A stretch of 64,000 nt of DNA. It comes from Eledone cirrhosa. Lineage: Eukaryota. Numbering within the stretch: the first letter of the stretch is position 1; every line of letters starts with the position of its first letter. The position numbers and the translations under genes are program-made. The notes beneath the pieces are model-generated. The model had not been told where the DNA came from, ran no database searches, and saw only the letters and a list, made by a program, of their open reading frames with translations. Shown here one piece after another: positions 27,588 to 45,976 of the stretch. Location: contig OZ024742.1 of the NCBI GenBank assembly GCA_964016885.1, positions 283,278,001 through 283,342,000 on the forward strand, read 5' to 3'.

Positions 27588-28048
27588 CGTCGACCGCTAA
27601 AAAGTCTTTCGTCAAACAGGCGGGGATAAAAGTCACTCATACAAGGTCATGCTTCGTTGTGGGATTGAAAACAGAATCTTGTGCTTGCAAACATAAAACC
27701 ATGGCAAAATTTCTTTGATTGCGAACTAAACACAAAGGTATGTCATATTGTTGCTAATACTACCGGGAAAGGGATGAGTATCACCACGTCCTCATATAGT
27801 TGCTATCTCCGTGTAAGGTTGTCAAGCTTATGTAGAGTATCATTATTAAAATTAAATTTTTTTTTTTTGTATTTCAAATTTTGATTTTGAATATGATAAA
27901 TGACATGCACACACAGATATATATACACATAATTACATACACACACGCTCACATACTTATGTATTCTTACACGCAAATGCACATACATACCTATAGATAC
28001 TCACACGCGTATATTTATATATATATATATATGAATATACATATACAT

Positions 28049-28090
<42 letters not shown>

Positions 28091-28106
28091 GAATATACAT
28101 ATACAT

Positions 28107-28277
<171 letters not shown>

Positions 28278-28484
28278 CATACATATATATATTTATATAT
28301 ATATTCACACACAAACACATAATACATATAGTCAAAATATCACACGTATACACAAAAATAAAACTGCAAAACGAAAAAAGTAAACACGATCAATATTTTA
28401 TCATTTTACAATTTTTTACAATTATTTTTCAGGTTGCTAATTTTCTTATTGATTTATTTTGTTGTTTTGGGTGCTGGTGGTGGT

Positions 28485-28567
<83 letters not shown>

Positions 28568-28770
28568 TTTATTATCAAATATTGGTGATGTTGTTACTGT
28601 TGTAAATTTGAAATTCTATGGAATTTTAATAACAACTCCAAAAATATAATGTTCAAAACTGAAATAGCAAAAAAAAAAAAATACTTTCAATGAATAAAAA
28701 ATGAAAGAAAATGAAATTTCCCCGTAGTCATTAGTTTATTAAATATTTTGGTATCTTCACTGTATGTATG

Positions 28771-28804
<34 letters not shown>

Positions 28805-28842
28805 TGTATGTATGTATGTATGTATGTATGTATGTATACATG

Positions 28843-28908
<66 letters not shown>

Positions 28909-28924
28909 TGTATGTTTATGTATA

Positions 28925-28959
<35 letters not shown>

Positions 28960-29709
28960 GCGTATATTAGTGCGAGTAGAGGATCTACCGCGAGCTCGGT
29001 GGTTTCGGCTAATTATCTCTTCAGAAGAGGTAACTAGCCAAAAACCGCCGAGCTCGCGGTAGATCCTCTACTCGCACTAATATTCCCACTTTACACCGAG
29101 TACTTCTTTGATCTGCAGTCTTCTTGGTCCCATTACTGCAGACTATCAATATATATATGAAATATGGGGTACATAGGACAAAGACAATGGAAAAAAACAA
29201 CAACGAATGTCTCAAACAATCCCATCTCCTCAGGAAATAACTCCGGTTTCGGTTTATCAAGGTTGATACTACTCTACCTGTTTTTTATAAACCGAAACTG
29301 TTGTGATTTACAGAGCTTAGCTGAGGAGATGGGACTGTCCGTTTTTCCATTGTTTTTTCCACTTTCTTTGTCCACTGCCCGGCCTGCTTGCCTCCCTTAT
29401 CTTTTCTACGCCTCGGTGTCCTTTTTCAGCCGCACGTCGGTCTGCAGTTCTTATTATTCTCTTCTGTTTTACTATTTTTCTTCCTTGGCTAACTCTTGAA
29501 CACTCTATATTTGGGTAATTTGCCTAAAGGCATAACTTGTCTCTGCCTGTTTTTGTTATGTCCCAATGGGCACTGGAATGAACGGTATCAACCAAAAATT
29601 TACCGAAATTGTGATTTCCAGAGGTTGACTGAAGAGATGGGACTGTTCGTCTTTCCGTTGATTTTTCCATTGCTCGGATCCACCAATGAGTCTCCTGTCA
29701 GTTGGTTTT

Positions 29710-30240
29710 GCCTGTAAAAACCTGTCCAGCGATTCTTTTCTGAGACATTCTAACCACATGCCAGTAATATCGGAATTATGATCTCACAATTCGGAGAAGT
29801 AGCAGCTTTACCTGGAACGACTCTCTGATCTCCGAGTTACGCATTCTATCGAGTAACGTTACTCCAAAATTCATCGGAGAAACTCCATTTCGGCTGCTTG
29901 TATTCGCAATCGTATTCTTTCAGTAATTACCAAAGATTCATGACCATTAGAAAGGGTTGACAAGAATACTGAATTGAAGATAGCAAGTTTGACCTTTACA
30001 CCTACTTCACTTCTTCATTACTGTCCCAGCTCCTGCAATCCTTACACTTAATTCCGCCTCCTGCATTCCATCACTCGTGAACTTCTCCACCTGCTTCAGT
30101 GAAACTTCATTCACATGTAGAATGCACTGCGCAGGCTTCCTTGCGAGGACGAGTGTCTCAGTCTTCGCGGCATTGATTTTCATTTCAGCTATGCAGCACA
30201 GGGTATCAAACCTATCAGGCACATGTCGGAGATCACCCTC
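29710..30240 (-). mobile_element. Degenerate RTE-type LINE RT C-terminal fragment
   Basis: MKINAAKTETLVL..LKQVEKF..ELSVRI..IQAAEMEFLR..RNSEIRE. A related copy lies at 38390-38690 (-). Confidence 0.7.
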
Positions 30241-30249
30241 TGTGAATTC

Positions 30250-30680
30250 CAGCCCACTGATCCTACACCTAGAAATGAATGAGAGAGATCAATTACCAAA
30301 ATTTCAGGACACCAAATCAAATCGCTGTAAGGTTAAAATATATGACTATGCCCTGAAGCAGTTTCTCCTTGAAACTGAAAAAGATTTAATTTCATTAAAC
30401 CATCTTATATACTCAACATCTATTGCTGCCATAAAGAAAATAGGCATCAAAATAAAGAAAAGGGCTCCAAAAAAAAATCACACAAACAGCCAAGGTGGAA
30501 AGAGTGCATAATTAAGGAAATTGAGAGCTTCCGAGGAGAATTAACGACCTTAGACGAACTCTCCAAAATAAATAATGTAAAAACGAGCATGGCTAGTTGA
30601 AACGAAAGTACATCCTGATATACATTGATATACATAAATGAAGTCCGAAAAGATTGTCGCAAAACGTCCACACAAGAGTG
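30250..30680 (+). mobile_element. Probable R4/Dong-like retrotransposon fragment (region N-terminal to RT)
   Basis: LNHLIYSTSIAAI..QPRWKECIIKEIESFRGELTTL resembles the PxWK.RL...I...R.DL motif of R4/Dong ORFs (from memory); frameshifted. Confidence 0.45.
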
Positions 30681-32989
30681 GAAGACGTAACTTCATTATG
30701 TGATCAGTAATGCTAGACGGTCACTGTAAATGTTTTGTCAATGTTGTTTTAATAGAAAAACCAACCACACTTTCTCGTATACAGAGAAAAGGTGTATACT
30801 CTGGCGATACTTCAGTCAACTGACCTTCACCTGACAGTTGCATTTCTGGGAGAGCTGCAATATATATATAGGCAGTCTTTAAAGTTCCTTAGTTACAAAT
30901 GCAGTTCTTTCTGGTCGGTTTGATGAATTCTGATCCAAATGTATTCTATCATTCCAACAACAAAGGTTGAAGTTAACTTGCTCTTTTGAAATTAATTTAG
31001 CACGCCTATCATATGTTCTGCTCCTGCTTATATGAACCACTGTTAGCTGCATGGAACTAAGCAGCGTCAGGCAATGTTCAGTTCACCTTTTCTAGCACCT
31101 TCCCAACACACTGGGTGAACAGTGCTCTCCCTAACAGGGTAGCTCAGATAGAAGTGCCTCCACCGAAGTTAGTCCCTGTCACAGGAAGACAAAACAAGGA
31201 TGTTAAGATAAGACCCATCCCGCCTATGAGCAGATTTGTAATTGTGTGCTCCTAACTGGTTAGGTCTGCACACGTCACCACTCCTCCATTGCCACAGGAC
31301 TTTTAACAGATAAAATGACACATGAGAAGATCATGAAAAAGACATCTGTACTTCATTGGATTAGTGGTAAACTCTTGTACAATATGAGTACCACTCTCTA
31401 AGTCTCAGTGATTATTACCTGATGACATGCCTAAACAAGATGACCAGTAATTACGTAATCCGCAGGTTTCTCTTCGGAGTTTCTCTTTCCTAGAAGAATG
31501 CCGTTCTTCTTTTTCTCATCTGCGGAGGCCACACATGTAGATGAGTTGCAGTAGTTCCTTGACTTTGTTATACTGACGGTTGATTGAGGAGGTTCTTCGT
31601 TCAGAATTAGATAACATACGCCATTGATTCTGACTTGAATTCATCTGCCGTAATTCACAATCCACCATGCTGCAAACTCATGGCTTCACTGTAACCCTGA
31701 CAGGGTGCTACCCGGGTGCTAAGCCTTGCCAAAGAGGCCATCTAACTGGAGGCCTGCCCGAAGGCTTGCAACATAGTAGACTCCGATAAAGTCATCCAAG
31801 GTTAGTGGCATGAAACCTTGTGCTGATTACGTCTAACACCACCAAAAAAACTCGGAGCTCAAAGGGCTGGAACAAATACCGCAAGTCATCACGTCCGGCG
31901 CTCTAACTATTCCGCCAGTTCACCGCCCCTGGACTGGTGGTACTTTATTTTTATTGACCCTGAAAAGGTGAAAGATAATGTTGACCTTGGTGAGATTCGA
32001 ACTCGAAACGAGTTGACCTCAGCGAAATTCGAACTCATAATGTAGTCATAGATATGTAGGGCCTCCATAGATATGTAGAGATATAGATATGTAGAGCTTC
32101 GGCTACGAGCGTTCCAGCTGTTTAAACAATGGAACAACTTACTCGAGATATTAATGTGTACACTTAACATAGTTCTGAAGTAGATTCAGTGTGACAAGAT
32201 TGGCTCTTTAAAATAGAGTAGACTGGAGCACTTGAAATAAAGTGTCATCTGAATGACACAATGAGCCACCCGCTTTGAGTATCGAACTCATAACTTTATG
32301 AACATGAGCCCATACAAGAAACTGGACAGTCACGACAATAACACTTTCGAACATAAATGTGCTCAACCTGTCACATTGTGTCTAAGCAACAACTGTGTAG
32401 AACATTTTTTTTTTAAAGGGAAGGAAAATACCTAACATATGAGTTACGAAAACAAAATCCAGATGTTTTTTTTTTCAAGGGAGATAATTTCCAGTTAAGG
32501 ATTTATTTTATAGAGTAGTTTCCCTTGTTGTTTTTAACGTCTACATGATGTTTTCTTTTTGTTTGTGTTCATTTAGTTTTTAAATATTCGACTCAGAATC
32601 TCAAATCGACTTCTAATTGATATAATTTCTTTTGGTTGAAGCGCATCGCTTTCGGTATTGCATACGTATACTACGTACTATGAAGTATTTATTCACTAAA
32701 TACGGTTTTTGATGATATTGTTAGTTAAGAAAAAAGAAAATTGAAAGGAGCAGATTGTCAGATCAGACTAAGGCAACAATGCTTCCATTATTATTTTCAA
32801 ATAAAGAAATCATTATTATTTTTATCGTTAAGATCTGTCAGACGTAACTCCTGGCAGAAGGAAGCTCAATATGATCTAGGAACGCATGAAACGGAAACAA
32901 ATACCGACGCTCTAACAACTCTGCTAATTCGCCTCTAAGGTATGGGTTAACTCTATTTTCCTGTTTTCTCTCTCACTTTCTTTTTTCCT

Positions 32990-33073
<84 letters not shown>

Positions 33074-33112
33074 TGTGTATAAGTATATATTATCTCTCTA
33101 TCTATTCTTTTC

Positions 33113-33181
<69 letters not shown>

Positions 33182-33624
33182 GAAATAAACATATATTAGG
33201 GCAAATGTGGCCCTATGATAGTTAAGTTATGAAGCCCCTTACTTGGGCCCTGGATGTTTGACATTTGAAAAACATTTGAAAAATTCATCGTAAAAAATTG
33301 GGGGGAGGGGGACAGGAAAATGGATTCCCCTGGTCAACGGGGCCCTGTGCTTAAGCACACCTAAGCTCAATGGTAAATCCGGCACTGGGTGACAGGCTCT
33401 ACACTCCAGTTTGAACAGTGTTTCAGTAGCACTCCGCGGATAAAATGGCAGAGAATATCCAGCGACACCCGCTGTAACAGTCAATCCATCACGCAGGACT
33501 TCTTTCTCGGGTGAGCTGCTGTCTTTCCAATTTTACGAAGGAAATCAGCAGTGCGGAGACCAGGATACCTGAGGCCTGTTACGAAAAGGAAGCGGTGGGC
33601 CAAGCTCTGGTAATTAGTTATAAT

Positions 33625-34103
33625 AATTGTTTCTACTTTTGGCACAAGGCCAGCAATTACCTAGTACATTACTGGTATTTAGTTATAATAATGATTTCTA
33701 GTATAGGCACAAGGCCAGTAATTTTTTTTTTGGGGGGGGGGGGCGATTAAATCGACCTCAGTACGTTACTGGTACTTTATTTTATCGACCCCGTAAGGAT
33801 GAAAGAAAGTTAACCTCGGCGGGATTTGAACTCAGATCGTAAAGGGACGTAACTGTGCTGGAAAGCATGGCGTCCGACCCTCTACCGATACTGCCAATTC
33901 ACCGATAGTAATAATAATTGTTTCTACTTTTGGCACAAGTCCAGCAATTATCCCAGTGCATTACTGGTACTTTATTTTATCGACTCCATAAGGATGAAAG
34001 GCAAAGTTAACCTCGGCGATATTTGAACTCAGAACGTAAAGGGCCATAACTCTATGCTGTAAAGCATGGTGTCTGACGCTCTACCGATGCTGCCAATTCA
34101 CCT
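33625..34103 (-). mobile_element. Tandem cluster of SINE family B copies
   Basis: Repeated attgtttctacttttggcacaaggccagcaatt..ggatttgaactcaga. Confidence 0.75.
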
Positions 34104-34114
34104 TATGACAATTA

Positions 34115-34545
34115 TTGTGTACAGTGTTCATGTGCACTACAACTCATCAAAGGTGCATGTATAATGCATAGAATAATTGTTTCTATTTTTTGGCACAAGG
34201 CCAGCAATTACTCAGTACATTACTGGTACTTTATGCATAGAATAATGTACAAATGTCAGGAAAGTAAACAGTGTATGAGTTATAATACACACACACACAC
34301 ACGCGCACGCACACGCACACACACGCATGCATGCGTATGTATGGAAGAGGCATATCAGGTGTTGTGCTGGCAATTTCAGGAGACATGAATATTTTGAATG
34401 ATGCAGTGTCCCAGCAGCTAACAACTGATGCAGGTAGTTTGTTCCATGCTTCAGCAACTCTGAGCGTGGAAAAATGTTTCCTAAAGTCATGGGAGCTATG
34501 TTGTTTTCTGATTTTGTAAACATGTCCACGGGTGTTAAACATATG
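34115..34545 (-). mobile_element. CR1 3' fragment of the same family, interrupted by a SINE 3' piece
   Basis: NTRGHVYKIRKQHSSHDFRKHF..WNKLPASVV, nearly identical to 59205-59400. The inserted SINE piece is flanked by the duplication atgcatagaataat (34164-34177 and 34233-34246). Confidence 0.82.
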
Positions 34546-34764
34546 GAGTTCTGTGTTGCGGGCGTGGCTGTGTGGTAAAAAGGATACTTTGCAAACACGT
34601 GGTTACAAATTTGTTCTGGTGTCTTCTATTATAGGGAATGACAGAAACCATTAAAACATCTGATTCATTTTTTTTCTGTTATTATTCCTTTGATTTGTTT
34701 AGGAATGAATCGAAAATTGATAATAGATTGATAGAAAATTGATAATAAATTGATAGGCATCCAT

Positions 34765-35012
34765 TTCACAAACATATACGTACATTTCACATGCACTCAC
34801 ACACATCCATTTCGTATACACACACACGTACATTTCACATGCACATACACACATCCATTTCGTATGCACACACACACATACACACACACAAACACACATA
34901 CAGGTACACACACTCACACACACATGCACGCAAACACATATCCATTTCACACACGCACATCAATTTCATATACACACCCATCCATTTCACATACATACAC
35001 ATCCATTTCAGA

Positions 35013-35044
<32 letters not shown>

Positions 35045-35725
35045 TCCAATTCAGACACACTCACATCCAATTCAGACACACACACACACATCCATTTCAG
35101 ACACACACACACACACACATTCATTTCAAAACACACACACATCCATGTCACACACATATACACGCACATTCATGTCACACACACATACACACACATCCAT
35201 TTTCACGTACACACACATCCATTTCACATACACACACATCCATTTCACACACACACATCCATTTCACATACACACACATCTATGTCACATACACACACAT
35301 CCATTTCACACACACACACATCGATTTCACATACACACACATCCATTTCACATACACACACATCTATTTCACATACACACACATCTATTTCACATACACA
35401 CACATCCATTTCACATACACACACATCCATTTCACATACACACACATCCATTTCACATACATACACATCTATTTCACATACACACACATCTATTTCACAT
35501 ACACACACATCTATGTCACATACACACACATCTATTTCACATACATACACATCTATTTCACATACACACACATCCATTTCACACACACACACATCTATTT
35601 CACATACACACACATCCATTTCACATACACACACATATATTTCACATACACACACATCTATTTCACATACGCACACATCCATTTCACACACATACATATC
35701 CATTTCACATACACACTCACATTCT

Positions 35726-35730
<5 letters not shown>
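34765..35730 (+). repeat. 21-bp minisatellite atc(c/t)atttcacatacacacac
   Basis: Period 21 is clear at 35341/35362; the array degenerates leftwards and merges into (CA)n. Confidence 0.9.
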
Positions 35731-35787
<57 letters not shown>

Positions 35788-36061
35788 CTACTTCATCAAA
35801 AATTCATAAAAATTTGTAAAACTAACAATTAAACAATAAATCACATGATGTTACTATCTAACAAACATCAAACAATGAATCCTTGTTATCATTATAGACA
35901 ATAGGCGCTGGCATAGCTACGTGGTTAATGAATTCATCTCGCAGCCACGTTGTTCTAGGCTTTGTTCCACCGCGTGGCACCTTGGACAAGTATCTACTAT
36001 AATTTCGGGTTGACTAATTACTATATAAGTGGAATTTGGTAGACGGACGCTGCAGCAACAT

Positions 36062-36093
<32 letters not shown>

Positions 36094-36288
36094 CAAGGGA
36101 ACGGGCGAAGGTTTCAAGAACATCAGCGTTGTTCGTTCCCTTGTCGTTTTAATTTGGATTGCCTCGAGAAAGTAACCTTATTATCTGGTCAGGCGGAATG
36201 GAGTGGCCACTGTCGCCATTGAAATATGTCACACAGCCTTATCAATAAAGGACTTTAACATCTGAAACTACTTCGCATTTTCTTATTC

Positions 36289-36393
<105 letters not shown>

Positions 36394-37685
36394 CCTGTAA
36401 CATATTGTTTTTACAAAAAATAGATCGATTAAATATTTATTTGACTTGAGAAAATGTACTGGTACCGATATGACCCACTAAGACGGTGCCCCAGCATGGC
36501 CGCAGTGAAAAAATAAGAAAGGAATAAATTAATCAAAGAATAAGAAGAATATGTGCAATAATTTACTGAGGTGATATTATATCAACTAGTGGATTCAGGC
36601 AGTTCGCTTCACAATCATGAGGCCCCGAGTTCGATCTCACGACATCTCGGGCCAGTGTCTTTATCATAGCTTCTGTTTGGCCCAAGCGTTGTGAGTGAAA
36701 TTGAGTAGGTGGTAACTGTGTGGAAGCCCGTTTGATGGATTGTACCTGTAGTTCAAATGTCCAGCCTTATCATACGCTATCATACTTATTCGGCTTAGGA
36801 ATTAAGTCAAGTTTATACGTATCTGTGAAATACACAACCACATATGCACTAATTTCACGGACTAAATTTAATCAATCGAACACCTGAATGCTCATTGTCG
36901 AAACCGACGGAAGATCCATCATTATATCTTCGTAACAATGTTATAATTTGCTCTTCGGTAGAGTAGTCAGTGTAAAGGAAAGCCGCGTGTTACCCATATT
37001 TGGTTCCGAAGCGGTTACGTTAGCCCCAGTCTGACACCTGGCGATGTAAGGCTTGGGGACGACTGGTAGGATTGGGATTTCGTTCTTATGTCGGAAACAT
37101 CCAATTATAATACCCATTATAGGGTCGTTCAACCTACTAGATGTAGCAAGCAATTTTCAAATATCAAATATTAAGCGGAAAATAATGCGAGAAGGACATA
37201 TTGGATAACCTAATCCTAAATACACCGACTGGCCTGACATTTTAAGACAGGGTGGTCAGGAAAGGAATGTACTTGATCATTGGTCTGCTCGGTCTCAGCC
37301 AGAGCTCACCAATGGGCTAAATCGCAACATCCACCAGATACGACCTTGGAATGAGAGAGAGAATTGGGGGGTAGAGAAAGTTAGAGAGAGAGAAAGAGAG
37401 AAAAAAGAGAGAAAGAGAAGATAGAAGATAGGCACAGAGGGAGGGAGACAGAGACAAGGAGCGAGAGAGAAAAAGAGACAGAGACGAGGAGAGGGAGAGA
37501 GATAGGGGGAAAGGAGGGAAAGAGTTAGATAGAAAGTCAGACAACGAGATAGTGTAGGAAAGAGGGAGATTGGCCTTCCTCGTTGTTTATGACGTCAAAG
37601 CAAATTATATATCTTCCATTTTAATGGTTCTATAAATATGTAAGGGAGGTAATAACATTATTTATATATATATATATATATATAC

Positions 37686-37730
<45 letters not shown>

Positions 37731-38389
37731 TGCCGTAAATAAATTCCTGGGTTAATCCAATAGAAATTGGTAAAATTCGCTAGATTAAAACAAAGAAAAG
37801 AAAAAGAAAAAAACACAGGACAGACGGTATTCTCTCGCGTGGTTCTGATTCTCAAAGGAGTGTGTTGAATTTGGAACGAAACAGAACTTGTCCTATAAAG
37901 GTCATTATTTTAAAATATATACGTACAAACATTTTTGTGTATGTGAAACCTTCCTCAGTACTGACGACGAATGAACAAGTTATTTCTTCAATAGAAATGC
38001 CAGCTCGTGAAATTAACATACAAGTGGATGGGCATTTCACCGACGCTTGCATCCTTAATGAAATTCTCAAGTAGATTAAGCGCGACATAATGTGGTGTTA
38101 CAGGTAAAACAGCTGACTGAACTAGAGCAACGTGAAAACAAGTGTCTTACTCAAGGACTCAACACGCCACAGAGAATTTGACTCTCAAATACCCTAAACA
38201 CTAAACCACGCGCCTTCCCCCTCACTTAACTCAATAGTAGCCGCTGGGAATCGAACTTACAATCTTACAATCGTTAACCGAACACCCTATCCACTAGGCC
38301 ATGTGATTTTCAGTAATGCTTTTAAGAAGGGCGATGGACGTCAAAATTTCCTATTGCTGTTTCCATTTAAATTTAGCACCTTTATATAC

Positions 38390-38690
38390 CCGTAAAATCT
38401 GTCCAGCGATTCTGTCCTGAAACATTCTCACTACATGTCCATAATATCGGAGCTGTGATCTATCAATTCAGAGAAGTAGCTGTACGTGGATCAACTACGA
38501 GATAAGCACTCTATCGAGTAATGTTACTCCAAAGGCCTTTCAGAGGAAACTCATTTCGGCCGCTTATATTCTCGATCGTATTCTTTCGGTCATTACCCAA
38601 GACTCATGACCAAAGGTAAGGATAGCCACGAACAATGAATTGAAGATAGCGAGTTTGGCTTTTACACCTACCTCCCTTGTTCTGATGACC
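38390..38690 (-). mobile_element. RTE-type LINE fragment homologous to 29710-30010
   Basis: Shared sequence such as cctgtccagcgattct..gagaagtagc..tctatcgagtaa..gaattgaagatagc. Confidence 0.65.
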
Positions 38691-38851
38691 GAAAAGTGTA
38701 CACACTGCTGAAGTAGAGCTTAAATATTAATTCATTATGGCTAAACAGTGAGTCTTGTAAAACTAGAGTTTCATTTGTCTGATGATTTTGTAAGTGCGCA
38801 AGTGAAACTCCAGAGTAACAAGATCCACTATTTAGTTATAATAAATGAACA

Positions 38852-42119
<3,268 letters not shown>

Positions 42120-42406
42120 TGTGCAAGAAATGCTAAGGGTTATCCTGAATGCAGTAATGGTTAATTACTACACTAGATAGAGTTGACGTACGGTGAGGGG
42201 TTACTCAACGAGTTATGGAAGAATAGTCGGAAAAATTCAGTTTCTGATCCTTCTGTATTCCGGAGTGTAGATAAAGAATGAATAATAACAGGTAGACATC
42301 ATAAAAAGGTAATTTATTCCGAGTGCTTACAAATGTTTCAACAGTAGTTATACAGCCTAGTCATGCTATTGCACCTTTTTATGATGTCTACCTGTTATTA
42401 TTCATT

Positions 42407-42462
<56 letters not shown>

Positions 42463-42726
42463 GGAAAAAATGAAACGAAATTTCATTTCACATTCTTAGT
42501 ACGGCTGTTACTTAAATATAAGTATGTATACGTACATACATATATGTATACAGACGTATAGTAGTATGTATATATATATACATACATGCACACATATATA
42601 TATGTACGTATGGATTCACCGAACATTTATTATAATGCTCGGTGTGTTTGTAAACAAACATCCCGAATTAAGCCGTACAGTGTCTAGCAACCATCGTTGC
42701 TCATTTGTTCAACACTGACAAAGGAA

Positions 42727-42767
42727 CACTGTATTAGTTTCAAGCTTATTAGCTATCGTCAGCAACG
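42727..42767 (-). ncRNA. Minimal hammerhead motif, tandem unit 1 (stem III mutated)
   Basis: Minus strand: cgttg CTGACGA t-agct-aata-agct-t GAAA ctaa TA cagtg. Confidence 0.65.
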
Positions 42768-43094
42768 TACACCTTCCTGAGCAGCCTAATTTGCGAGTTA
42801 ATCGGTCGGGGTACCGAAAACGATAAACGGAAAAAATGAAACGAAATTTCATTTCTCACTCTTAGTACGGCTGTTACTTAAATATAAGTATGTATACCTA
42901 CATACATATATGTATACAGACGTACAGTAGTATGTATATATATATATACATACATGCACACATATATATATGTACGTATGGATTCACCGAACATTTATTA
43001 TAATGCTCGGTGTGTTTGTAAACAAACATCCCGAATTAAGCCGTACAGTGTCTAGCAACCATCGTTGCTCATTTGTTCAACACTGACAAAGGAA

Positions 43095-43135
43095 CGATGT
43101 ACTAGTTTCAAGCTTATTAGCTATCGTCAGCAACG
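43095..43135 (-). ncRNA. Minimal hammerhead motif, tandem unit 2
   Basis: Minus strand: cgttg CTGACGA t-agct-aata-agct-t GAAA ctag TA catcg; palindromic stem III ACTAGT, GUA cleavage triplet. Confidence 0.75.
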
Positions 43136-44124
43136 TATACCTTCCTGCCAGATGATTGAACGTCTGAAAGTATATATATAAATTAGACAATTATCAAAGT
43201 TGTGTTCAAATCATTTAATAGCTGACAATCCTTTCTTCCAAACTCTCATTTGGAAACATCGGACCATTATCAATGTTTGTACATGTAATTAACCTCCTAT
43301 TCAACTGAACAATAATATAGATACATATATATTGATGTTGTGAGCAACAGTTTCGTATTTACAGGGTGGAATGGATGCGACATATATTTTACGAGAATTG
43401 TACAAAAATTCAAATTCAAATAAAAAGTAGAGTGGAATACATGCAACAGATAATACAAGAGAATAGTCTAATAATTAAAGATATATCTATTGATATATCT
43501 ATTTGGACATATAAACAGCTATACAATTTTCCATAACATATATCTTGTCCAGTAATGAATAGATAACAATTTAAAGGGACCTTTAATGTATTATAATAAA
43601 ATACACTGTATTTTAAAATCAAGTATAAATATATAGCATTTTGTAATAGAGATTCAATTGTATCACATTATAATGTGTATTAGAGCAAAGATTTTAAATA
43701 ACTGAATTTAATTAGCTAGTTACCTCTCCTTACGCATTAGCTCCCCTTATTCACTTCATGAAATTAACCTTTCGAAATTCTACCTGTCAAACAACTGTAG
43801 TCCATTAATAAGAATACAATAAGACTGATTTACAATCCATTGCTTTAACTAACTTAAAACATTCAATATAAACATTAACTAAAATATAATTCAACATATG
43901 TAATGGAAGAGACTGCAAAAACTTTGTTCTTCTCAACACACTATCAACATACTATCAACATACTACGTCCACCATAGATTTTGATACATTACATATTGCT
44001 TAAAATACAGTAGTTATTTGTCTATATATGCATATTAACTTTGCTTATTTCCTTCTCATATACATGACTAACGCATGGGATCCCGTTAAGGGTGAAATCA
44101 ACGATTCTTTGCTTAAACTTTAAT

Positions 44125-44194
<70 letters not shown>

Positions 44195-44502
44195 AAAGTT
44201 CTATTTAAATTGTTGGGATACAACAAGCAAATATTTTTATAACTGATATAAAGCACTCAACAAGTATTTGGAGTAAACATACGATATTAACAAATGGAAA
44301 CTATATATTTATAAAACCATATTTATTTTATTATACATATTTCAAGGACACCACGTTAAATTATGGTGTGCTTTCATCAGACAAAATACAATATAGATCA
44401 GTTTTATAAATAAATATTGACATACCCTTAAAAAATGCAACCATTACTGTTGCATTTTTTAAGGGTATGTCAATATTTATTTATAACACTGATCTATATT
44501 GT

Positions 44503-44565
44503 ATTTTGTCTGATGAAAGCACACCATAATTTAACGTGGTGTCCTTGAAATATGTATAATAAAAT
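44503..44565 (+). ncRNA. Type-I hammerhead motif (mirror copy on minus strand at 44325-44387)
   Basis: attttgt CTGATGA aagcacacca-taatttaacg-tggtgtcctt GAAA ta-tg-ta TA ataaaat. Confidence 0.8.
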
Positions 44566-44605
44566 AAATATGGTTTTATAAATATAGTTTCCATTTGTTA
44601 ATATC

Positions 44606-44665
<60 letters not shown>

Positions 44666-45157
44666 ATAAATTAACGGAGCCATAGACCCTCGCTATTCCC
44701 TGTAAATAATGTGCTTAAAGGAGAAGAAATCCTGAGCTCTTTAAAATACAATATATTGAAAAGGTAACACACTAGAGAGAGAGAGATAGTGTGCCATCAA
44801 TAAAACAGGGAAAAACCACCAGTGTATGGAATCTATAACCTATGAAAGGCAGAATATAGACACGATAATTAAAAATATAAATTAAAGCGTAAATAAATAC
44901 CTCTATAACTATATAACACACGTACAAATCCAAAGAGATCTGTTTCGCCAGTAAGTTGTTGACAGAAATATAGGAAAAGAGTCAGGCCCCCGACGGCTGA
45001 GCTCCGAACTAAACCAGTAGTTCGGATCTAGCTGTCGAAACCGCCGGAGCTCAGCCGTCGGGGTCCTGACTCTTTTCCTATTACCCACTCTACTACCCTA
45101 AGTATCGAGTACTCTGGTGCGTTATGGTCCACCTGGTTCCTTACCACCCTTTCTTTG

Positions 45158-45298
<141 letters not shown>

Positions 45299-45923
45299 AG
45301 AAGTAGATTATTAGCTACCAGTCTATAGGTAAGTGGAGATATATCTGTTACGACGTTTAAAAAAATTGATTGTGTTATCTGTAACAACGACTACTAGAAG
45401 AAAGAATAGGTGGAAGGATGGTTGGACTGAATAAAGCATATGTTGAATAAACAGCCCAATATATATTACATATGATAACTTGAACAGAAATTATAAACCA
45501 AACACAAAGAAACTCTGCCGAGAATTCCGCCATTAATTTTGACCGAAATAATTCACTCATGGAATAGATATTTTTTTATCCTTGCATTTTCATACTTTTT
45601 GTTTCTCTTTTTTATTTAATATATTTTATTTTATTTTCTATTCTTATTTTGTATGCTTTATTTTATATTCTTTATTTCTATTTTTTCACTTTTATTTTAT
45701 TTTTTTATTTTATATTCTTTGGTTTTATATTTTTATTTTTTACTTTTTAATTTTTTATTTTTTCGCTTTTTTATTTCTACTTTTTTTTTTAATTTTATTT
45801 TATTTTCATCTTTATTTTTCATTAGGGAACAACTGGTTTTTTACTCAAGAGAAAAAAATAAAGATGGGATTCTCATCTTGCTTAATAGAGTTTCGTTGCA
45901 GTTTTCTCCCATCTCTCTCTCTC

Positions 45924-45976
<53 letters not shown>

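Larger units (their letters stand above)
42461..43147 (-). repeat. Direct tandem duplication, period ~366-368 bp
   Basis: 42461-42779 is nearly identical to 42827-43147. Confidence 0.95.

Noticed and set aside
31690-31850. Possible HDV-like ribozyme at an RTE 5' end
   Set aside because: I could not assemble the nested double pseudoknot by eye; too degenerate to support.
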